Below, one piece after another: positions 8,742-16,720 of a DNA stretch of 16,720 bases. This DNA comes from Calothrix sp. HK-06 (GTDB lineage Bacteria > Cyanobacteriota > Cyanobacteriia > Cyanobacteriales > Nostocaceae): contig MRCD01000152.1 of the NCBI GenBank assembly GCA_001904745.1, positions 1 through 16,720 on the forward strand, written 5' to 3'. Each line of letters begins with the position of its first letter. Position 1 is the stretch's first letter. The notes beneath the pieces were generated by a model. The model did no database searches, was not told the DNA's origin, and worked only from the letters and a program-made list of their open reading frames with translations. Both the position numbers and the translations under genes were made by a program.

Positions 8742-8876
8742 CTACAACGTAAAATCCGCCTCAAAAAGTAATTATAATTATACCTTCTACAAAGTAAGCC
8801 ATTGAAAAACCAATTTTATATTTTTTTAATTATTGAAGAAAATTCTAGGGAGGTCGGCGCCTGGAGCATTAGAGTT

Positions 8877-8969
8877 TTAGGCTTGACCTTCACTCTCAAT
8901 ACCATGCTTGTTCTTTAACGCACGGCTTGTTAAAGTTATTAGATTCAACAACCGCCTCGTATTTCTCAT
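8877..8969 (-). CDS. Possible small ORF (30 aa, MRNTRRLLNLITLTSRALKNKHGIESEGQA)
   Basis: ATG at 8969 is preceded by a strong AAAAAAGGAG Shine-Dalgarno-like sequence. It lies between the two methyltransferase genes and is missing from the ORF track because of length. Confidence 0.3.
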   Translation of the reverse strand: MRNTRRLLNLITLTSRALKNKHGIESEGQA

Positions 8970-9058
8970 TAACAAGACTCCTTTTTTGTTAACTTTGCTT
9001 TCTGGGCATCGCAAGCTCCGTTCCTATATGGAACACAGTGAAAGACATTAACTTATTA

Positions 9059-10045
9059 CTAAATTTGTAAGCTAGGTACTAACTGTGTTGATTGCATTTG
9101 TTTAACATTCAACTCAATGTTATCTTTCATATATTGGAGCAAGCATCTTGCAAAAAACTCAGCTAACTTAACAGGTACAGCATTAGCAATCATTTGTTCT
9201 AAATCAGTTTTCGATTGGCTTTTTTCATCAAAATCAAAACTTTTGGGAAATGTTTGTATGTAGCTTCGCTCAATAGTAGTTAATGGACGTAAATCAGGAG
9301 TGAGAGGCGCCGCATCACCAGGATGTAATTTATAAGTTTTAGGAATTGGTCGGTTTACCCCTCTGATTGTAGGACTAGGTTCATCAATACTAAATATACC
9401 TCGTCTTTGATAAGTTCTAGGATGCCTGTAGTAATATTCAAGACCCAGCCTGTTTCCTAAATAATGCCTGATTGTAGTTGGTTCTTTGGATAAATTATAG
9501 TTTATGTATGGAATTAATGCGTTATCAATACCGTTTAATTCTCCTATACAAAAATATCTTTTTCTACTTTGAGGAACTCCGCAAAATGCTGCATTAATTA
9601 TTTTTTCTGTCAACCCATAACCACTATTTTTAAATATATTGATAACTTGGTTATATTTCTGGCTTTTTTGAAACCTATCTACATTTTCCATTACAAACCA
9701 TTTAGGTTTGACCGAAGCAATTATTTTAGCAAACGTGATACTCAAATCACCTCTTCCTAAATTCTCATTGCGCTTCCCGACACTTGAGAAGTCTTGACAA
9801 GGTGGACCAGAAATAATAATATCAGGTTTGAAACTGGTAAAATCATTATAATCGTTTAAATTGCCTAAGTCACAATTATAAATTTCATGCAAGAAGTTCT
9901 TTCTATAAATTTGTATTGCTGGCTCCCAGTTATCAAAAGCTGCTACTATTTTAAAACCTACATTTTGAAACCCTAGAGATAGTCCACCACAGCCAGCGAA
10001 TAAATCAATAGCTCTTAAACTTATCTCATGTGTTTTATTGCTCAT
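9059..10045 (-). CDS. DNA (cytosine-5-)-methyltransferase, intact
   Basis: Ordered C5-MTase motifs: AIDLFAGCGGLSLGF (I), SGPPCQDFS (IV), VMENVDRF (VI), QSRKRYF (VIII), and IANAVPVKLA (X). Confidence 0.95.
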   Translation of the reverse strand: MSNKTHEISLRAIDLFAGCGGLSLGFQNVGFKIVAAFDNWEPAIQIYRKNFLHEIYNCDLGNLNDYNDFTSFKPDIIISGPPCQDFSSVGKRNENLGRGDLSITFAKIIASVKPKWFVMENVDRFQKSQKYNQVINIFKNSGYGLTEKIINAAFCGVPQSRKRYFCIGELNGIDNALIPYINYNLSKEPTTIRHYLGNRLGLEYYYRHPRTYQRRGIFSIDEPSPTIRGVNRPIPKTYKLHPGDAAPLTPDLRPLTTIERSYIQTFPKSFDFDEKSQSKTDLEQMIANAVPVKLAEFFARCLLQYMKDNIELNVKQMQSTQLVPSLQI

Positions 10046-10100
10046 TTTAGTCTATAAACCTTAAAGATATTTTGTTGCCTAAATAATACCATAAAATGTT

Positions 10101-10137
10101 CGGATAAAACTGGGATTTTACAGAATAAAATTATCCG
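10101..10137. terminator. Nested inverted repeats between dnaB and the methyltransferase gene
   Basis: CGGATAA (10101-10107) pairs with TTATCCG (10131-10137). Inside it, ATTTTA (10115-10120) pairs with TAAAAT (10126-10131). It lies just downstream of the dnaB stop and upstream of the MTase start, so it could be a weak terminator or a regulatory site. Confidence 0.35.
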
Positions 10138-10165
10138 TATTAAATTTTAAATTTTGATGATTAAG

Positions 10166-11479
10166 CTAATCTTTGTAATTAGAAAATTTACCAATACTAG
10201 GGTCAAATACTACCTTACAAGTATCTGTTACGCCATTTCTGTTTTTAGCGACTATTATCTCCATAATTCTTTTATCACTAGTATTTGAGTTGTAATATTC
10301 ATCTCGATAAAGTAGTAGTCCTAAATCCATATCCTGTTCAATATCGCCAGAATCTTTAATATCAGCCATAGAAGGACGTTTATTACTTTGACCTTCTACA
10401 CCACGATTGATTTGAGCAAGAACTACAAATGGGACATTAAATATTTTAGCAATATCTTTACAAGCCCCACAATATTTACCAATGGCTTGCGCTCTATTTC
10501 CTGCTGCTCTATCCCCAAGCTTTTGAATATAGTCTAATACTACTAATCCTAATTCTCCTTTTTCAGATTCTACTCTACGAAGTGCAGAACGAATTTTAGT
10601 GGGGGTTAGCTCACCTGCTGGAGTATCATCAATTATAATCGGTAATTCAGATAGATTAGATAAACCTTTTACTAAAGAATCATATTCCTCCTCATAAATT
10701 AGATTGTGCATCAGCCTTTGGGAATCAATACCTGTGTGCATAGAGAGGAACCTTTTAGTTAGTTGTTCCTCAGACATTTCTGCACTAAAAAACAATACTG
10801 GCTTATGGATACTGCTTGCAATATAATTAGCCAGATAACAGCCAAACCAGCTTTTACCCATAGATGGTCTAGCAGCAACTACAATTAAGTCTTGTTTAAT
10901 TAAGCCACCAATTAGAGTATCTAAGCCTGTTAAACCTGTAGGGTAAGCAGGAGACGAACCCTGCTCTATCCTATTCAATAAATTAGCTAAACACTCATTA
11001 ATGGGTTTAGGTTGGAATTTAGTTTTATTGTTAGTTGTAATATTAAATAGTTTTTGTTCAGATTGCTCAAATATTTGTTCTAATTCCGTACTAGTATCGC
11101 ATCCTAAATCTACTATTGTATGTCCTACTGATACTAATTGACGGCGTTGGTATTTATCCAGTACTAGGGCAGCGTAATGGTCTATATTTACTGCTGATAC
11201 AGCCCGGTTAAGAAGTTGAGATAATTTAGTGTCACCTCCTACTTTTTCTAAAAGTTTATGGTCAGCCAGCCAAGTAGAAACAGTCATTAAATCTGTTTGT
11301 TTATTATTTTGATATAGCAGTAAAGCTGCTTTATAAATTTGTTGATGACCATGAGTACAAAAAGATTCTACAGGAAGTATGTCAGCAAGTATACCCATAG
11401 CATTGGGGTCAAGTAAAATACATCCCAATATGGCTTCTTCAGCTTCGATATTTCCTAAAAACTGATTACTCTTCGACAT
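10166..11479 (-). CDS. dnaB: Replicative DNA helicase, DnaB family
   Basis: N-terminal EAEEAILGCILLDP; LTGLDTLIGGL; Walker A VVAARPSMGKSW; LGLVVLDYIQKL; LAQINRGVE...KRPSMADIKDSGDIEQDMDL; VAKNRNGVT. Confidence 0.95.
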   Translation of the reverse strand: MSKSNQFLGNIEAEEAILGCILLDPNAMGILADILPVESFCTHGHQQIYKAALLLYQNNKQTDLMTVSTWLADHKLLEKVGGDTKLSQLLNRAVSAVNIDHYAALVLDKYQRRQLVSVGHTIVDLGCDTSTELEQIFEQSEQKLFNITTNNKTKFQPKPINECLANLLNRIEQGSSPAYPTGLTGLDTLIGGLIKQDLIVVAARPSMGKSWFGCYLANYIASSIHKPVLFFSAEMSEEQLTKRFLSMHTGIDSQRLMHNLIYEEEYDSLVKGLSNLSELPIIIDDTPAGELTPTKIRSALRRVESEKGELGLVVLDYIQKLGDRAAGNRAQAIGKYCGACKDIAKIFNVPFVVLAQINRGVEGQSNKRPSMADIKDSGDIEQDMDLGLLLYRDEYYNSNTSDKRIMEIIVAKNRNGVTDTCKVVFDPSIGKFSNYKD

Positions 11480-12350
11480 TTGTTTTGTTAAATAAGTTGC
11501 TAAGTTGTTTGAGTTTATCCTGTGAAATTAATTTCTTTTGGTTATCTTGTATAACCACTGAAGATTGATTTGATGTTAATGGTGTCGATTGTTCACGAAT
11601 GTTAGGCTGTGCTTCGTCACGTATCATTGATAGTAAACAAGCAGCAGGATTTTCTACATTAGTTTTACTACTATACTCTTGAAAAGCTTCAATTGATAAC
11701 TTAACTTTATGATATTCGCGGCTGACTATTTCCTGCTTTAGTTTTGAATTAATCTTAATTCCCATTTCGTTGATTAATTGAAATATATCTAAGTTTTCTG
11801 ATTGAACATTCTTCTCATGAATTTCTCTGGTTATATAAATATCAGTTGTAGAGGAACTTGTATTAGATTGATTTACTCTTATAGGGACTATTTTTTTATC
11901 AGAGTGAACAGGAACTACCTCTCGTAATTGTGAGCGTAAACGTTCGCACTCGTCTCTAAGTTCGTAAATTTCTGCTACATGACCTCTAAGTTTTTCATTT
12001 TGATGTTTAAGTTCCCTAACCTCTGTTTCTAGTTCTCTAATTCTTTGCTTGGCAACTTCATGTAAAGTTTTAAGGCTATGGGGTCTTGGGTCTTTTTGTT
12101 CTAACGTATTTAATGTAGACTCCTTTTCATGTTGAATTTCGTGTATATATACTTTAATTTCATCCCATTTATAGAGATAAGAAATAGAACATCCTGCAAC
12201 ATTAGCAATCGAAGCAAATGTCAATGGTTGTTTTTGAGCAAGTATTTCTTGAATTGCTTTTAATACTTGCTCTTTTTTTTGTTCCTTTTTTTGGGCTTGA
12301 GTGCGACGCAGAACTTCAGCTTGTTTATCGCGATTATGATTTTTAACCAT
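11466..12350 (-). CDS. TnpC-like HTH/coiled-coil protein (DUF6262-like) with an additional C-terminal domain
   Basis: N-terminal HTH-like LTFASIANVAGCSISYLYK followed by a long coiled coil (RIRELETEVRELKHQNEKLR...), as in Tn554-type TnpC. Overlaps the upstream recombinase gene by 8 nt and dnaB by 14 nt. Confidence 0.7.
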   Translation of the reverse strand: MVKNHNRDKQAEVLRRTQAQKKEQKKEQVLKAIQEILAQKQPLTFASIANVAGCSISYLYKWDEIKVYIHEIQHEKESTLNTLEQKDPRPHSLKTLHEVAKQRIRELETEVRELKHQNEKLRGHVAEIYELRDECERLRSQLREVVPVHSDKKIVPIRVNQSNTSSSTTDIYITREIHEKNVQSENLDIFQLINEMGIKINSKLKQEIVSREYHKVKLSIEAFQEYSSKTNVENPAACLLSMIRDEAQPNIREQSTPLTSNQSSVVIQDNQKKLISQDKLKQLSNLFNKTNVEE

Positions 12351-14169
12351 TTGTTAAATCTCTTAATTGTGGTAGCCATTTATCCATTGCCTCGATAGTG
12401 GCTCTGGCTTCTTCTTTCGCTAGTTCAGCACCTGCTTGTCCTGCTTCTTCTAGTCTTTGATGTTCTCCTTTATACTGGCGTTCGTAGAGAGGTAATTTAG
12501 CTGTGCTAGGACGAAAACTAGAACAGCCATAGCATTTAGGGTAAAGATTAATAGGACAGGGCGTTTTGGGTTCAAGAACACAGTGTCCATAAACTACTAA
12601 GCGTGGGGCTATTTCGAGGTCAAGTTCGTGTGCTTTAGAATTTTTAATTAGGCTTTCTGGTAAAGTTTGCCAAGGAAGGAACTTGTTATCAGGGTTCATT
12701 AACAGTTCCTGAAAAGGCAAGTCTACTGCTGCTACCTGCTCCCTAGTAGGGGGTGCATAGTTTTGAAAAGTAGTACTACTTATTGTATGGTCAGCATAAA
12801 GTTTAGCAGCTTCAATACCGTATTTTACACGTATTTCTTGCAATCTGTTGTGGCGAGTAATTTTACCTGTAAAATGAGGTCTTTGCCCGTTGGTATCACG
12901 GATGTTTTCTTTTTCTATAAGTAAACGAATAATGCATACCATTGTATTTTCCTTGACATTTACACGGGGTGGAATTGGTAAGGGTTTCATGTTAGTAAAG
13001 GCTGGGTAAGAATCATTTTTTACATTTATAAAATGACAAAACAGATATGGATACTCTAACTCCAATGTTTGTCTTATCCATTGCTGTTGTTCTTCAATTA
13101 TTTTTCTAATTTCACGAGTGGCAGGTATTTGATGCCATCGCTTAGTTTTATGTTGATAAAATTTAATATACCATTTTTGATTTTCTTCCACTAAGCAATC
13201 AAATAACAATTGGCAAATATCTCCTGGACGAGCAGCAGTATACTCCTGTATTAAGTAATGACAAGCAATAAATGCAGGAATTTTAGATAGATTATTTTGA
13301 ATGGATGTGCGCGTTACTTCATCCAACCAGTCTGGGTCATTTTTAATTTCTTTGAGGTAATCACGCCGACGAATTAAGTATGATGAATTAAGCCCTAACC
13401 ATTCAAAAAAACATTTTAGATAGCTTAGTTTGTGATTGATGGTTTTATTGTCGCAATCCTTATAGTTATCTAAAAAACTTAGCAAGGCTTCGCGGCTAAT
13501 ATCGGTAGCTTCTTTGATGTTGAAATTTTCTACAATTTGTCCAAACTGCTTTAAATTTGTTAGAGAGTGTCTAATTCCTGACGGAGCAGAATAAGCTCTC
13601 GATTTGAGTAAGTATTGTATATAGTTTTTAACCTCTAATTTATACCATTGTGGTAAAACTTTTTGAAAATTAATTGATTGTGGATAAGGATTATCGTAGA
13701 AATGTCTTAAATCCCAAATATCATCATCTAAATAGAAAGGCGGCAATTTATTTTTTGTTTTGCCATCTATCCAACTTCGACAAAACGTTGAATTAAGTTC
13801 AAAGCTAGTACCGCAAAAGTGACAATGACACTTTTCTCGTGTATGTTTTGTTGTATAAATCCACCCTTTTTGTCCATTATATCCTACTTCATTACAAACA
13901 GGATTAGGACATTCTATATCAGGACGATAGTTGCAAGTATAGGTAGGAACTGAAGAAGTTAGAGATACCCACTTTTCACAATTACTACACATAAATCTAA
14001 TCTTACATTTTGAAGTGTCTTTAAAATAAGTTTTCTTAAGATTACTTTTCTGACAGTTTGGGCAAATAAATTCGCCTTTATAATCCTTCTCCCAATCCAC
14101 CTTTAATTGTCCGTGTAAAGTAGGATGAATAGAGATAGTAGAAGATTGTTGTTTAGTCATTAAATTCAC
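12343..14169 (-). CDS. Tyrosine recombinase-like protein with N-terminal zinc fingers (third recombinase of a Tn554-like set)
   Basis: Paired CxxC knuckles (CPNC/CSNC; CPNPVC/CHFC); recombinase-like core AARPGDICQL, KFYQHKTKRWHQIP, ITRHNR, ADHTISSTTFQNYAPPT; C-terminal CPINLYPKCYGCSSFRP. Confidence 0.8.
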   Translation of the reverse strand: MNLMTKQQSSTISIHPTLHGQLKVDWEKDYKGEFICPNCQKSNLKKTYFKDTSKCKIRFMCSNCEKWVSLTSSVPTYTCNYRPDIECPNPVCNEVGYNGQKGWIYTTKHTREKCHCHFCGTSFELNSTFCRSWIDGKTKNKLPPFYLDDDIWDLRHFYDNPYPQSINFQKVLPQWYKLEVKNYIQYLLKSRAYSAPSGIRHSLTNLKQFGQIVENFNIKEATDISREALLSFLDNYKDCDNKTINHKLSYLKCFFEWLGLNSSYLIRRRDYLKEIKNDPDWLDEVTRTSIQNNLSKIPAFIACHYLIQEYTAARPGDICQLLFDCLVEENQKWYIKFYQHKTKRWHQIPATREIRKIIEEQQQWIRQTLELEYPYLFCHFINVKNDSYPAFTNMKPLPIPPRVNVKENTMVCIIRLLIEKENIRDTNGQRPHFTGKITRHNRLQEIRVKYGIEAAKLYADHTISSTTFQNYAPPTREQVAAVDLPFQELLMNPDNKFLPWQTLPESLIKNSKAHELDLEIAPRLVVYGHCVLEPKTPCPINLYPKCYGCSSFRPSTAKLPLYERQYKGEHQRLEEAGQAGAELAKEEARATIEAMDKWLPQLRDLTNG

Positions 14170-15608
14170 TTCCTTTTCAAATTTTCTAGTTGTTCTAGTC
14201 CTTTTAATCGAGCTTTTATTAAATCGCCGAGACGATTAATTTCAGTAACTCTTCTTTCTTGCATTAGATTTTCTGCTTGTTGTAAATCTTTTTGTAAGCT
14301 TGTATAATCAGCTTCTAACTTAGTCTTATCTTCTAAAGTTACTCGATGGTGGTCACAACTTAAACAGGCATAGCGAAGATTGCAATCACCTAACATGCTT
14401 GGTCGATGGCATTCTCCCAAAGGAGTACTAACTTTGAGAATCTCAGCTAATTTCTCGTATCTACGTTTTCTAGGTATAAAGCTAGTAACCTGACCATACA
14501 TATCGACATAACCTTTAGAATTAGCCTCTTTCTCTAATCGTTCCAAAGAACGTTTTCGATAATGTGGCAACATATCCAAAGAGCCATGACCCAAAACCGC
14601 AGCAATATATTCATCTTCTGCTTCGCAGTAAGCCATGATGCTAGCTTTAGTACGGCGAAAATGATGGCTAGTAAGATGAAACTTATTACCATGCTTATCT
14701 TTAAGGTTTACTTCTTCTCTAAAATCTTGTAACCAAAGTCTAATTGTATCAAAGCGTAAAGTTTCAGGTTTATAAACTGGCTCTACCTGAAATCTTTTAC
14801 CATTATAGCCATGATGTGAAACATCAACTTTACAAAATAATTTATCAAATTTAGAATTAGCACCAAATTGAACCTCCAAAAATTTCTGTTGCTCTTGAAC
14901 TAATTCAGCTACCAAATAATTAATTTGATAAAATCGCCAGTGCTTGCGTTTCTCTACCCAACGCAACAAAAACCACTTATCACCTTCCTGTTTTAAACAT
15001 TGACGAGGCATCCTAAGCATTTCGCCTATACGACATCCCAAAACAAGCTGTAGTCGAAATAGCCTTTCCAATGGTGCTGGAAAAAGGTCGAATTGCTGGT
15101 AAATTTGATAAAGAACTTCTTCTGGAATGGTCTCAATTTTCGGAGCTTGTTTTTTTATTTTAAATGGAGTGTATATTAATTTTAGCCATCCCTCTTCTGC
15201 CCATAGTTTTAGTGCGTAGACTATATCATTTTGACGTTGTTTTGTAGAACTTTGAGTTATAAATTCTCGCAATATAGTATCAGTTAAATCTTCTGGTTTA
15301 CTATACCCTTTAGACACTAAAAACTTGTCTAGCTGTTTTAAAACGCCATTTCTATGTCTAACAGTATCCAGCGAATGTTTTGCTCTAACACTTGCTAGAA
15401 CTGTTAATTTTGTTAACAATTTTAGCCAGGATAATGAAAAAGTATCAAAATAAATATTTTTAATACGACTAAAATCAGATTCATCTTTGGTATAACCTAT
15501 TGCTTCAGTTGTCCAAACATCTTTCTCTAATAAAGTGATATCTAACAATTTTTGACCAAATTCCGAATTACTTATCCTTGACTGTAATATTTCCAAAGGT
15601 AACATCAT
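14166..15608 (-). CDS. Tyrosine recombinase, TnpB-like (Tn554 family)
   Basis: LGCRIGEMLR (Arg I), HHFRRTKAS (H-x-x-R), VLGHGSLDMLPHY (His, Tyr) and a C-terminal cysteine cluster CHRPSMLGDCNLRYACLSCDHHR plus coiled coil. Confidence 0.88.
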   Translation of the reverse strand: MMLPLEILQSRISNSEFGQKLLDITLLEKDVWTTEAIGYTKDESDFSRIKNIYFDTFSLSWLKLLTKLTVLASVRAKHSLDTVRHRNGVLKQLDKFLVSKGYSKPEDLTDTILREFITQSSTKQRQNDIVYALKLWAEEGWLKLIYTPFKIKKQAPKIETIPEEVLYQIYQQFDLFPAPLERLFRLQLVLGCRIGEMLRMPRQCLKQEGDKWFLLRWVEKRKHWRFYQINYLVAELVQEQQKFLEVQFGANSKFDKLFCKVDVSHHGYNGKRFQVEPVYKPETLRFDTIRLWLQDFREEVNLKDKHGNKFHLTSHHFRRTKASIMAYCEAEDEYIAAVLGHGSLDMLPHYRKRSLERLEKEANSKGYVDMYGQVTSFIPRKRRYEKLAEILKVSTPLGECHRPSMLGDCNLRYACLSCDHHRVTLEDKTKLEADYTSLQKDLQQAENLMQERRVTEINRLGDLIKARLKGLEQLENLKRK

Positions 15609-16720
15609 TATTCTTGCTCCTCTGCCGCTAGATAAACATCTAGGCTCATGTCATTTAGTACATGAGAATAAATATCTTTAGTAGTCGCAATTGAACTGTG
15701 CCCTAATAGCTGCTGAACATAGTGGTCGGCATAACCAGCTTGAAGCATCCTAGTAGCAAAAGTATGCCTGAATAAATGAGGATGTGCTTTAATTCCTGTT
15801 CTATCTTTTAGTTGATAAAAGAGACTATTTAACCTTGCACTAGTCATAGGTTTTCCAATATACTGACCATCCAAATTAACAAACAGCATTCCATGCCTAA
15901 GTTTTTCTGCTTCTTTTGGATATTCTTCTAGTAAATAAGTATGAAAAGTTTCTTGAACCGCCTCTCTGTTATGAAGGACTGGTATTTCTCTCTCTGTGCC
16001 TTTGGCTATCGCTCCATTGGGATTATTGTCCCGCCTTATAACTCTAATTCTTCCTCTTTTATCAAAGTCATGTAAGTCTACTAAATGCAAGCCTAATAGT
16101 TCTCCTCTTCGTATTCCGGTTTCTCTCAGTAGCATCATTATTAGCCTGTCTCTATAGCTATAACAGGCATTTGCCAGTTGACTTACTTGTTCGTCAGTCA
16201 GGCAACCAGGGAAGATTTTAGGCTCTTTTACTTTAATCCGCTTACGTTTTTCTGGAGTGCTTTTAACTATGCCGCGTAAGAAACCACCTCGTTTACCCCA
16301 TCCGTGAACCAATTTGGTAAAAACTTTTTCGTCAATCCTACCTTCTACAATGTGGAATTCGTAAAGCCCTTGAATGGCTGTAACTGCTTGGTTGACTGTT
16401 TTTGGGCTACGTTTAGAAACTATTTCGCGTACTTCTTCACTGATTACTTCTACTTCGCCACCAAGAAGATACCAGTTGACAAAATCAGCTAGTTCTTGGA
16501 GTCCCACATCTTGCCAGTTAAGAGATTTGTATTCTAGCCACTGCCAAAAACCTACTAATCGGTAAGCGTAAGTATTAACTGTATTAGCCGCTAATTGGCG
16601 TTTACGGCAGTAATTTAAGTATCGCTGGATTGGTTCTACTGGTAAGCAAGTTTCTGTGTCAAATACACAGCAAACTTTTTGCTCTGTTTGAGGGTCAATC
16701 CCTCTCTCTAGGCTTATCAT
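15608..16720 (-). CDS. Tyrosine recombinase, TnpA-like (Tn554 family)
   Basis: N-terminal SAM-like domain (IQRYLNYCRKRQLAANTVNTYAYRL). Catalytic residues in RETGIRRGELLGL, the basic strand, HPHLFRHTFATRML, and LLGHSSIATTKDIYSH. The ATG lies exactly at the window edge, so a start farther upstream cannot be excluded. Confidence 0.92.
   Translation of the reverse strand: MISLERGIDPQTEQKVCCVFDTETCLPVEPIQRYLNYCRKRQLAANTVNTYAYRLVGFWQWLEYKSLNWQDVGLQELADFVNWYLLGGEVEVISEEVREIVSKRSPKTVNQAVTAIQGLYEFHIVEGRIDEKVFTKLVHGWGKRGGFLRGIVKSTPEKRKRIKVKEPKIFPGCLTDEQVSQLANACYSYRDRLIMMLLRETGIRRGELLGLHLVDLHDFDKRGRIRVIRRDNNPNGAIAKGTEREIPVLHNREAVQETFHTYLLEEYPKEAEKLRHGMLFVNLDGQYIGKPMTSARLNSLFYQLKDRTGIKAHPHLFRHTFATRMLQAGYADHYVQQLLGHSSIATTKDIYSHVLNDMSLDVYLAAEEQE

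Noticed and set aside
9569-9760. Plus-strand ORF (63 aa)
   Set aside because: Antisense to the intact C5-MTase between its motifs IV and VIII.
10101-10137. Treating the nested inverted repeat as the transposon terminus
   Set aside because: Tn554-like elements generally lack terminal inverted repeats, and no matching end is visible; a terminator or regulatory role is more likely.
16304-16565. Two plus-strand ORFs (62 and 63 aa) overlapping each other
   Set aside because: Both are antisense to the well-supported TnpA-like recombinase.
1-16720. CRISPR array, retron or tRNA gene
   Set aside because: No regularly spaced direct repeats, reverse-transcriptase motifs or tRNA cloverleaf signatures were seen on reading through the window.

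Overview
The window looks like accessory or plasmid DNA of a filamentous cyanobacterium and falls into two parts. (1) About 1-9.4 kb is mobilisable-plasmid-like. It has a MobV relaxase fused to DUF3991/Toprim-like sequence, several decayed genes (a small orphan gene, a VOC/glyoxalase gene, a 5'-truncated C5 methyltransferase), a DpdA-like (7-deazaguanine DNA modification, TGT-superfamily) protein, a run of uncharacterised proteins, and a striking density of the palindrome GGCGCC (15 copies by manual scan). (2) About 9.5-16.7 kb has no GGCGCC copies. It carries an intact C5 cytosine methyltransferase and a tightly overlapping minus-strand operon: tyrosine recombinase A (TnpA-like), tyrosine recombinase B (TnpB-like), a third recombinase with zinc fingers, a TnpC-like HTH/coiled-coil protein with an extra C-terminal domain, and a replicative DnaB helicase. 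The most system-like candidate is this Tn554-like multi-recombinase unit translationally coupled to DnaB. The second is the methyltransferase/DpdA overlap. All calls are from reading motifs by eye; no database search was run.
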